From: Bdellovibrionota bacterium
Lineage (GTDB): Bacteria > Bdellovibrionota_C > UBA2361 > JBGSMV01
Assembly: GCA_044356455.1 (NCBI GenBank)
Contig: JBIKWF010000038.1
Location: forward strand, 1-34,805
Length of the DNA stretch: 34,805 nt
Direction: 5' to 3'
The notes below the pieces were generated by a model. It ran no database searches and was not told where the DNA came from. It saw nothing but the letters and a program-made list of their open reading frames with translations. Positions 26,391 through 34,316 of the stretch are shown in pieces. A program made the translations under genes and the position numbers. Numbering within the stretch: position 1 is the first letter of the stretch; every line of letters begins with the position of its first letter.

Positions 26391-28337
26391 CTACCGCACT
26401 CTCTGGAATTGAAGCCCGTGGAACTTACCCCACTGGCATCTCATCATAATGCGGATGTCCCCGTCGGGATCCGCCGTGGCAAAGACGGAACTTGAAAACG
26501 GCATTGGCTCAGGGCCAAGAGTGGTCGTTCTGCCTCGAGCACCCGCGCGCTTCCATAGGTAACTTCGATTTCCATTCAAATCCAAGCCTTGGTAGTCAGA
26601 AATCGCAACCCAGGTTTGGTAGGCCGTGGCCCCAGGGTCCAGCCTTGGCTCGGTCTCTCCTGTTACCGTAATAGAGTATACGGCTCCGGGGACGAGGCGG
26701 TGCGTTGATTGTGCCGTTGATGTGTAAGTCTGGACAAGATCTCCCAGCGAAGTCCCTGTGTTCTCAGTTTGTGAGCTCCCATAGAGTGTTGTCGTGTTTG
26801 GAAAGTATTGGTCATTAATACACTTCCACGATTCAGACGGGCTCCAGCCCGGATAGAAGTTTGAGTAACCCAAACCATCCCGCCTTGGGTAGTCTGCTGG
26901 GTTTAGGTCCGCGTCCCACCAATCAAAATAGTCGCGTCCCCATACGGTAAGTAAGTTTGGTCCAAGGTCTCCCTTGTCGCCCTTCGGTCCAAGTGGTCCT
27001 TGTGGGCCTGTAGCCCCAGTCTGGCCAACCGGGCCTTGTGCTCCTGCCACTCCCGCAGGTCCTGCAGGGCCACGAGCTCCTGTAGCCCCGGTCAATCCAA
27101 TAGGACCTTGAGGGCCAATAGCTCCTTGTGGACCAGTGTCTCCGCGAATGCCCTGAGGGCCTTGTGGCCCTTGCGCGCCAGCTATCCCTTGCTCTCCTTG
27201 CGGACCAGTTTCACCTGGAAGCCCACGTTCGCCCTTTAATCCTGGCGCTCCATTCATGCCATCCAAGCCAGCCGGGCCTGGATCACCTTTATCTCCCTTT
27301 TCTCCCTGTGGGCCAGTGAGACCAATCGGACCTTGCGGGCCAACCGCTCCTTGAGGTCCAGAGTCACCGCGGTCCCCCTTCAATCCTTGTGGTCCGCGTT
27401 GCCCAGCTGCTCCTTGAATGCCTTGGAGCCCTGTGGCGCCCACGGGACCTTGAGGGCCAGTATCTCCGCGATCGCCCTTAAGTCCCTGTGGCCCAGCTGC
27501 GCCAGGTAGCCCTTGCTCTCCGCGTGGTCCGGTTTCGCCTTGCACACCAGGGAGGCCCCTTTCGCCTTGGATTCCTGGCGCTCCATTAATGCCATCTCTT
27601 CCCGCAATGCCTTGTTCTCCGGCATCGCCCTTTAGTCCCTGAGGCCCCGTGAGTCCAATCGGGCCTTGAGGACCAGCATCACCACGATCGCCCTTAAGTC
27701 CTTGTGGACCTATAGCGCCAGGCAGACCCTGTTCTCCGCGCGGTCCAGCCTCGCCCTGAATACCTTGGATGCCGCGCTCGCCTTGAATTCCAGGGGCCCC
27801 ATCAATACCATCTCGCCCCGCGCCGCCTCTCTCACCGGCATCTCCTTTATCTCCTTTTAGTCCTTGGAGGCCGCGCTCGCCCTGAATTCCCTGTGCTCCA
27901 TCCGCTCCGTTCAAGCCTGCAAGTCCTCTTTCTCCGGTATCGCCCTTATCGCCTTTAAGGCCTTGGATCCCGCGCTCACCTTGTGGACCTTGAGCCCCGT
28001 CACGTCCGCTTACGCCATCTAGACCGGCAGGCCCCTGAGCGCCTGTCTCTCCCTTTGGCCCCTGAAGACCTTGAACTCCTTGCTTGGCCTGTGGCTGTGG
28101 CCCAGGCAGCATTCCAATCAGGCGAAATCGCTTCGGGCATTTCCCATTTTGATAAATTCTAATTGCTTGGACTCTCGTCCTGTCGTTGAACTGCTTTTGA
28201 TTATTCTTGCGCTGACAGAGCGCGACTTCTTGAGCTTCGGATGGAGTAACCGCTCCGAAAGATAAGATGATGGCGAAACCAGTTGCGAAGAATGTAAGCG
28301 CGCGGACTGAGTCTACGCGAAAAGAATGAAAAACCAT
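26391..28337 (-). CDS. secreted collagen-like protein (125 uninterrupted Gly-X-Y triplets, C-terminal globular domain)
   Basis: GXY run at about 26956-28079; signal peptide ending SEA; ATG 28337 chosen (ORF open to 28400). Confidence 0.92.
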   Translation of the reverse strand: MVFHSFRVDSVRALTFFATGFAIILSFGAVTPSEAQEVALCQRKNNQKQFNDRTRVQAIRIYQNGKCPKRFRLIGMLPGPQPQAKQGVQGLQGPKGETGAQGPAGLDGVSGRDGAQGPQGERGIQGLKGDKGDTGERGLAGLNGADGAQGIQGERGLQGLKGDKGDAGERGGAGRDGIDGAPGIQGERGIQGIQGEAGPRGEQGLPGAIGPQGLKGDRGDAGPQGPIGLTGPQGLKGDAGEQGIAGRDGINGAPGIQGERGLPGVQGETGPRGEQGLPGAAGPQGLKGDRGDTGPQGPVGATGLQGIQGAAGQRGPQGLKGDRGDSGPQGAVGPQGPIGLTGPQGEKGDKGDPGPAGLDGMNGAPGLKGERGLPGETGPQGEQGIAGAQGPQGPQGIRGDTGPQGAIGPQGPIGLTGATGARGPAGPAGVAGAQGPVGQTGATGPQGPLGPKGDKGDLGPNLLTVWGRDYFDWWDADLNPADYPRRDGLGYSNFYPGWSPSESWKCINDQYFPNTTTLYGSSQTENTGTSLGDLVQTYTSTAQSTHRLVPGAVYSITVTGETEPRLDPGATAYQTWVAISDYQGLDLNGNRSYLWKRAGARGRTTTLGPEPMPFSSSVFATADPDGDIRIMMRCQWGKFHGLQFQRVR

Positions 28338-28543
28338 TTGTAACCCCACCCAATAGATGATCAATGCTCGCTGAGAGCTTTTTGCTACAACTACCATCAA
28401 GGGTATTCGCGGCCATTGGGTAGGTGCCGCTTAGAGTCGCAGAACAACCGGAGTCAGGTGCAATGTTACCGATTTTGAACGCTAGTGTTTTTACGTAGGC
28501 GATACGCCACGTCTCGTGGACCCGAAATGATTCTGCGAGTTAA

Positions 28544-28679
28544 CAATGGAACCTCTGAAAAGCATCCCTATTTTATTCTTCCTCTCAGTGAGCTCTGTGT
28601 CCTCTGTGGTTTTTCAACGATTTAAATCAACCACAGAGGGCACAGAGTTCACAGAGCGGACTTTTTAGAGATTCCCTAG
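28544..28679. mobile_element. ~140-bp MITE-like element, copy 2
   Basis: GGAACCTCTGAAAA ... TTTTAGAGATTCCCTAG ends; same internal hairpin; terminal CTAG contains the TAG stop of the decarboxylase gene. Confidence 0.8.
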
Positions 28680-30013
28680 GCAAGAACAACTACCGGGGCG
28701 ATTTCTCGAATAAACTCCTGCGCCAGAGAAAAGGTAAGCGCCCCTTGGTAAGGCACCAATAGCAAATCCCCCTCCTCAATCCCCGTCCCATAATATCCAA
28801 AGCCCCATTGATCTTGAGGCATACATAAGGGGCCATAAAGGCGGCACGGGACCTCGTCTTCTGTCGCGGGACGGGAAAGATTAATGACGGGAAAGTAGTC
28901 ATGCTCAAATCGTTCCCAGCCAATGAGATTAATTCCGCCGTCCAGTATCACCACATCAGCGGCCTTTTTATCGACCACCGTCAGCAAAATATGCATGGCG
29001 TTGTTACAAAGCACACGGCCGGGCTCCGTGTAGATCGACACATCCCCGAGAAAGGATAGCTCTCGCGTTACTGCTGTTCCTATTCCGCGCGCGTATTCTT
29101 CTGGAGTGGAAGCGGCGGTCTCGAAGACGCGATCCGCAAAAGGTCCTGGTAGCTCAAAGTCAGGATCCAGTGCTTTATGAGCCGCGCCTTGGGGAAGTTT
29201 CCAGGCGTAGGTTCCCTCAGACTTATAGGGACGAAAGCCTCCGCCACAATCAATAAACTTTATCCAGCTCAGCTCTTCCGGACGAAAAGATGCCTTAAGG
29301 TACTCCCCTACTTCCGCAATCATTTCTGCGTAGGGAGAGGCGTCAAGGTTCCAGCTTGAGTGAAATTGGATGCCTTCAAGAATTATCCCAGAGGTTTTTA
29401 AGCTCCCCTGATATTTTCGCGCGCTCTCCCAAAAGGCGCGAAGCTCAGACAGAGGGATGCCAAATTTATTCCAGCGCTCTGTGGAGCGGCCCGTCACGCG
29501 AACTCCAGCCCTCACCACTACTCCATGCTTTTGCGCAAGGCTGCCAAGGCGCGTGAGCTCTCCAAAGCTATCGATATTGATGCGCACCTTATCGGTGTGT
29601 TGGAGCGCCTTGCTGAGCTCCTTTTCCGATTTGCCCGGGCCTGTAAGAAGAATGTCGGTCGCGCCTGCCGCAAGTGCAATCTCCATCTCCCGAGCTGAGG
29701 AGGCGTCAATTCCAAATCCCGCCTGGACGATGCGAGAGACGAGCTCTTGGTGATGATTCACCTTTAAAGCGTAATAGGCTTTGTGCCTTGGAACGAAGGA
29801 AGAGAATGCTGAGGAATAGGATTCTAGAGCGGCGCGGAGCTCCTTCACATCGAGTACATAGCAGGGAGTCTTGTCTTTAAGCGCAAGAAATTCGTCTCTT
29901 CTCTCTGCAAAAGTTCGAACGATATGTCGCAGGTCCGCTACCGGAGGAAGAGGCTCCTTGGCGCGCAGCGTGATATTTTTCTTAAGACTCGCTATCAGGT
30001 CAGATTGTTTCAT
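28676..30013 (-). CDS. fold-type III PLP-dependent decarboxylase (diaminopimelate/ornithine decarboxylase family, LysA-like)
   Basis: YALKVN (PLP Lys), DASS..E, TGPGK, NIDS, KFG, IDCGGGF, EPGR, GPLC...D. Confidence 0.88.
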   Translation of the reverse strand: MKQSDLIASLKKNITLRAKEPLPPVADLRHIVRTFAERRDEFLALKDKTPCYVLDVKELRAALESYSSAFSSFVPRHKAYYALKVNHHQELVSRIVQAGFGIDASSAREMEIALAAGATDILLTGPGKSEKELSKALQHTDKVRINIDSFGELTRLGSLAQKHGVVVRAGVRVTGRSTERWNKFGIPLSELRAFWESARKYQGSLKTSGIILEGIQFHSSWNLDASPYAEMIAEVGEYLKASFRPEELSWIKFIDCGGGFRPYKSEGTYAWKLPQGAAHKALDPDFELPGPFADRVFETAASTPEEYARGIGTAVTRELSFLGDVSIYTEPGRVLCNNAMHILLTVVDKKAADVVILDGGINLIGWERFEHDYFPVINLSRPATEDEVPCRLYGPLCMPQDQWGFGYYGTGIEEGDLLLVPYQGALTFSLAQEFIREIAPVVVLA

Positions 30014-30028
30014 TCCAGCTTCTACCTA

Positions 30029-31429
30029 TCACATCTTCTTTCTAAGAGGCAGCGCGGTTTGAAATCGCCGCATAAGCCCACGGGCTCGTTCCGTTGGAAA
30101 CCCTCGGGCCGTAAAAAGCGGAGTGTGAGAAATGATGGTGCCCGTGGTTTCGTCTCCCGCAACACGCTCACCCGTGCGGTGCTCCGAAAAAAACATGAAC
30201 TGAAGCCCCTCAGTGCTTAAGCGCCTATAGTCAGGTCCAAGGTACGAGAGCCTACCTTTGTTTACCTCATAACACCCATTGGTGCATTCGCGCCCTAACT
30301 CAGACGGAGAGCAAGCAAAAGGACCAGAAGGATCTTGGGCGGGGATATCAAAAAGAGCTCCCGCGTAGTCTCCAGAGGGCAACCCAAGAACTCTTGGGGC
30401 CCTCTTATACGGCAGCGGCCTACCCGCCTGCTCAATAAACCACTTACCCACGGGTAGTGAGTGGATAAGTTTCGGCTCTAAGAGCAGCTGGGGAGTAGCC
30501 GACGAAAGTCTGGGATTACACTCAAGAACGAGCACGTTGCCGCTTGGCGTCACTAAGAAATCAAAATTTGCGAAACCAAAAAAACGCTCTCCGTGAAGCA
30601 GCCTGCCAAGAGAGGTAAAAACATCTGAAATGCGACTTCTCGTCTTTAGCGCAAAATTTGAGGCAGGAACCCATTGCACTCCGGCAAAGAGTCTCGGAGC
30701 CGGCGCAGGAGGATCCCTAAAGAAGCATTGTTCTCTGGCCGCTGAGCAGGCAATGGTGTCTGGTCCTACCCAAACCGTGATGCCATAGGTGCGCCCAGGA
30801 GCAAACTCGCGCGCGAGGAGCTGCTCCCCAAGTGAGAAGGCCCCTTTTCGCAAAAGGCCCGAGACTTCTCGATTGGAGGAAACAAAAAAGGTTCCCACAC
30901 CGCCGAACGAAAGAGGCTTTTGCAGGACTACCTTTCCGGGAAATGGAAGTGAGAAGCCCTTGGCTACGGTGATAACTTGAGATCGAGGTTTGGGAATCTG
31001 GTGGTTCTCAAGAAAAGAGTCGAACCAAATTTTGTTCTCGAATCTAAGCTGATCCACCAAGGGGGTAGAGACGAGGGTTATCTGGGAATGTTTACTCCAT
31101 GCATCTAGGGCCTTGGTCCCGCGGTGCGAGAGGAGAAAGGCATCGAGGTCATGCTTTTTTGCTCTCGCTTTAAGATCCGTCCAGGCAAGCAATTCCCCTG
31201 TGGAGAGACTTGCACAAGAAGGTGCGTTTGGTCTGCGCGTGAGGGTAATAATATGAGAGTCATCAAGCAGCAGCTTCGCAAGCTCTGCGTCTCGCCCGCC
31301 TCTTAGAACAAAATAGAATAATTCAGCCTTCGGGTTTTGAGCTTCTATAAAAAGCGGATCAAGCGCTCGTAGGAGCACTCCAACTTTTCCCTGTTTCTGC
31401 ATTCTTTTCTGCTTAGACGGCTTCGGCAT
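30029..31429 (-). CDS. ATP-grasp domain ligase
   Basis: FENK, KVVLQKP.S.GG.GTF, REFAPG, GFANFDF...VLECNPR motifs. Confidence 0.85.
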   Translation of the reverse strand: MPKPSKQKRMQKQGKVGVLLRALDPLFIEAQNPKAELFYFVLRGGRDAELAKLLLDDSHIITLTRRPNAPSCASLSTGELLAWTDLKARAKKHDLDAFLLSHRGTKALDAWSKHSQITLVSTPLVDQLRFENKIWFDSFLENHQIPKPRSQVITVAKGFSLPFPGKVVLQKPLSFGGVGTFFVSSNREVSGLLRKGAFSLGEQLLAREFAPGRTYGITVWVGPDTIACSAAREQCFFRDPPAPAPRLFAGVQWVPASNFALKTRSRISDVFTSLGRLLHGERFFGFANFDFLVTPSGNVLVLECNPRLSSATPQLLLEPKLIHSLPVGKWFIEQAGRPLPYKRAPRVLGLPSGDYAGALFDIPAQDPSGPFACSPSELGRECTNGCYEVNKGRLSYLGPDYRRLSTEGLQFMFFSEHRTGERVAGDETTGTIISHTPLFTARGFPTERARGLMRRFQTALPLRKKM

Positions 31430-32474
31430 GAATCAAATTCCCCAGGTGGCGCGCCTGACTTTCCTCTATGCTTGGATAAAGGGGAAGCATCAGATACACA
31501 AAATCTGAGCAATGAGGGCTCTCCTCGTAAAGGGTATCAAGGTAGCAGCGCCTCTTCGCAAGACGCCCCATGAGTTTTTGCGCGAGAGCCGCGCTCATTT
31601 TTAGAGGAAAGAACTTGAGTTCTCCCCACTGCGTTTGAGGAATCGGGGCGAGCGTTATCCCAAGATGGCCCGCCCTCTCGAAGGCACGCGTATAGATTTG
31701 GGCAAGCTGAACACGATGCGCCTTTAGGCGATCCACGCTAAGGCGAGAGAACCAGAAGGCCTGGCAGCGGCTCCCCGGTTGGGGACGCGAAGAGGCGCCG
31801 ATTAGAGCTTCATGAGAGGCATAGAGCCACTCGCTTAGGGAAAAAAGATGTTCAGATTCGAAGAGACTGGCGGCGCCAAGAGTAAATCTCCAGGCCAAGA
31901 AGCGCAGAGCAACCGAGAGTCTATAGGTGCTTAAAGAGCTACGGTAAGAGGCCTTTAGAGAACTTAGGACCTCTCTACTTCCCCAAACCCACGCGCCTTC
32001 AGCCGCGCTTAGCTTGCGAAAGCTATTGATGGCAATCCAGCGTTCAAAGGGGTGGTCGTCTCGCTCATTAAAGAGGCGATGAGCATAGTCTTCAAGCACT
32101 ATGGTCTTGGGAGCGAGGCGCGCTGCCCACGTCGCATCTTGAACAAGTGAAGAACGCATTCCTAACGGGTGAAATAGGATGATCATGTCAGGCTGATGAG
32201 CATCAAGCGCCTCTTGAAAGGCCGCTCGGTCTGTTTGAAGGTCTTCTTGCACCGAGTATGAAATAACTCTGCAGCCCTTGGACTCGAGGTGTTCTACTAC
32301 CGACCAGCAGTAGAAGGCAGGAACAAGCACCGCTGCGCCTTTTGGCACCTGCGCTTCGAGCAGCGCGTCGAGGGCATCTTCGAAGGAGAGGTAAAGGAGT
32401 CGGCCGCCGGGCGCGGTTCCTCTACTAAGAGGTGAGGTGCTAGCAAATAGTGCTGGTGGATAAAGGTGAATCAT
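31413..32474 (-). CDS. DegT/DnrJ/EryC1/StrS-like PLP-dependent aminotransferase (divergent)
   Basis: VLVPAFYC, EDYAH, SFRK (PLP Lys), LPLYP; overlaps the ATP-grasp gene by 17 bp. Confidence 0.75.
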   Translation of the reverse strand: MIHLYPPALFASTSPLSRGTAPGGRLLYLSFEDALDALLEAQVPKGAAVLVPAFYCWSVVEHLESKGCRVISYSVQEDLQTDRAAFQEALDAHQPDMIILFHPLGMRSSLVQDATWAARLAPKTIVLEDYAHRLFNERDDHPFERWIAINSFRKLSAAEGAWVWGSREVLSSLKASYRSSLSTYRLSVALRFLAWRFTLGAASLFESEHLFSLSEWLYASHEALIGASSRPQPGSRCQAFWFSRLSVDRLKAHRVQLAQIYTRAFERAGHLGITLAPIPQTQWGELKFFPLKMSAALAQKLMGRLAKRRCYLDTLYEESPHCSDFVYLMLPLYPSIEESQARHLGNLIHAEAV

Positions 32475-32476
32475 CT

Positions 32477-32788
32477 GGTAGGGCGTCCTGTCCTCAGGGC
32501 GCCGAAAAAAGGAAACTACCTATCGGCAAATACCGTGGCAATAAATTCACGAAACACGTACACGAAAACTTTTCGGCAGGGCGCAAGGATGTTCGGCGTA
32601 AATTGATAAAATTACTTAAGATTTTATTGGACCACAAAGGACGCTAAGGACGCAAAGAAAGCTCAATTAAAAAAAGCAATTTCAACGTATTCCTTTGTGT
32701 CCCTTGCGTCCTTTGTGGTGAAAACATTCCGATGCCCTAACTTTCCGGGTTATACGAGCACGGCACCCTGAGGACAGGGCGCCCTACC
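32477..32788. repeat. inverted GTAG REP pair (REPIN-like) enclosing a 27-bp-arm hairpin
   Basis: GGTAGGGCGTCCTGTCCTCAGGGCGCCG (32477-32504) and CGGCACCCTGAGGACAGGGCGCCCTACC (32761-32788); inner arms at 32631-32657 and 32693-32719. Confidence 0.88.
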
Positions 32789-33878
32789 TGTGAGACAACA
32801 GTTTCCGGGCAAGGGTTTGCATCTCCTGTTCATTAAACGGATCGTAACACGGTAGCCCACATTCCTTTTCAACCTCTTTCTTGACCTGGTCGAGTTCTGC
32901 CAGCGGAATATCCTGCCGATTGAGCGTGATGGCGACCACAGGTTTTCCCGAGATAAGCTCCATGGCAGCAATCTGCTTCTTGAGCGGGTGAATTGGGTAC
33001 TTGGGGAAATCCTCGTAGTGTTTTCGGCGCGGTGCATGCTGCATTACGATTAAATCAGGTCTGCACGCGGCCAGAATCTCATAGCCTCCCGGGTAGCCAG
33101 GATTAAGCAGGCTCCCCTGCCCTTCAATTACGATTGCATCTGGATTCTGTTCCTTCCAGGCGAGCCAGGTCCAATGTTCTAGCTCTCCAGCGAGAAAGTC
33201 ATTGATCAGGGTGTCTAAGCAGAGACTGTAGCGAGCGCCTTGCATCCAGGCCGTTTGCCCCGTGCCGACGAGCTCGGAAGTTTTTCCGATAGCCTGAAAG
33301 GCTTGTACGAGCTTCCACGCCGTCGTGCGTTTTCCGATGGCGGAATCGGTTCCTAAGGCTGCCACCTTAAGGCAGCTTACTTCCTCAATCTTGCAGGAGA
33401 AGGCATGCAGCTCGGATTTAGGGCGTGGCTTTCTTACGTCAATCAGCTTTACGCCATGTTGGGTGGCTAACGAGACAAGCTCTGCGTCGTCGCTCAGGTA
33501 GTCGTGTAGCCCACACACAATATTGAAGCCGCGCTTGATGGCGTTTACGACGTGAGGTCTATGCTGACTCCCGAGGCGACCACCGAGAACTGCCAGGCCC
33601 ACCACGAAAAAGCGTGGTTCATCGGGCACAAGAAGCTCCTCTGCTTCTCGAAGTGAGCTAACAATGGGAATATCTCTTTTTGGGCCGCCTAGGGCTTCGC
33701 TTGCGTCAACTCCGGCCGCGCTTGAATCAATGACGGCTCTCACGTGGTAACGCAAACAGAAACGCACGAGCCCGTGGGTCGTTTTTCCGTCCGTGGTGTG
33801 AAACGCATTCTGACAATAAAGAACGGCCTGACCCTCTGGTTTTTGGCCCGCTACGTTGTTGTTTGATTTCGAATTCAT
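32784..33878 (-). CDS. DUF1611 family P-loop protein (DgcN/EboA-associated type; DgcN is a D-glutamate N-acetyltransferase)
   Basis: GKT.HGL, GLH.YL, DVRKP, GTDSAIGKRTT, TGQT, IEGQGSL..P motifs. Confidence 0.92.
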   Translation of the reverse strand: MNSKSNNNVAGQKPEGQAVLYCQNAFHTTDGKTTHGLVRFCLRYHVRAVIDSSAAGVDASEALGGPKRDIPIVSSLREAEELLVPDEPRFFVVGLAVLGGRLGSQHRPHVVNAIKRGFNIVCGLHDYLSDDAELVSLATQHGVKLIDVRKPRPKSELHAFSCKIEEVSCLKVAALGTDSAIGKRTTAWKLVQAFQAIGKTSELVGTGQTAWMQGARYSLCLDTLINDFLAGELEHWTWLAWKEQNPDAIVIEGQGSLLNPGYPGGYEILAACRPDLIVMQHAPRRKHYEDFPKYPIHPLKKQIAAMELISGKPVVAITLNRQDIPLAELDQVKKEVEKECGLPCYDPFNEQEMQTLARKLLSHR

Positions 33879-34121
33879 GAAATTACTATCTCATTCTTTG
33901 TGATACCCACGAAAGGCAATGCCCTCATGAGCACCATTTTCCAAAAAGGGACTGCGGCGAAGTGAATGTAAAGAACCTAGGAAACCTATAAAAACCAGGG
34001 ACTGACTTTCCTCTATCTTGTTTTCCTCCGCGTACTCAGCGTCCCCGGCTCCGCCAAAGCTGCGCCGCGGCCGCACTTAAGCCTGGCTCGGCGCAGCCGG
34101 CTCCGCATTATACAATACTTG

Positions 34122-34305
34122 TTAGGGAGCCTCTGAAAAACCTCGATACTTTATTTTTTTTCTCTCCGTGATCTCTGTGTCCTCTGTGGTTTTTCAACAA
34201 TCTAAATCAACCACAGAGGGCACAGAGTTCACAGAGCAGACTTTTTCCGAGCTTCCTGAGGTAACGCGGGGTACGTGGAGGGGAAGTTTCTAAGAGGCTC
34301 CCTAG
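34122..34305. mobile_element. MITE-like element, copy 3, with a duplicated right end
   Basis: Left TTAGGGAGCCTCTGAAAAA; inner degenerate right end at about 34260; outer right end AGAGGCTCCCTAG at 34293-34305, a 12-bp perfect complement of the left end. Confidence 0.8.
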
Positions 34306-34316
34306 CTGCCTAGGCG

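Noticed and set aside
26391..28337. Phage tail fibre or prophage remnant
   Set aside because: It has a Sec-type signal peptide and no neighbouring phage genes.
33891..34076. 61-aa ORF between DUF1611 and the ThrC-like gene (also 32450-32647 and 20369-20578)
   Set aside because: Short, overlapping repeat or hairpin DNA, with no RBS or motif support.
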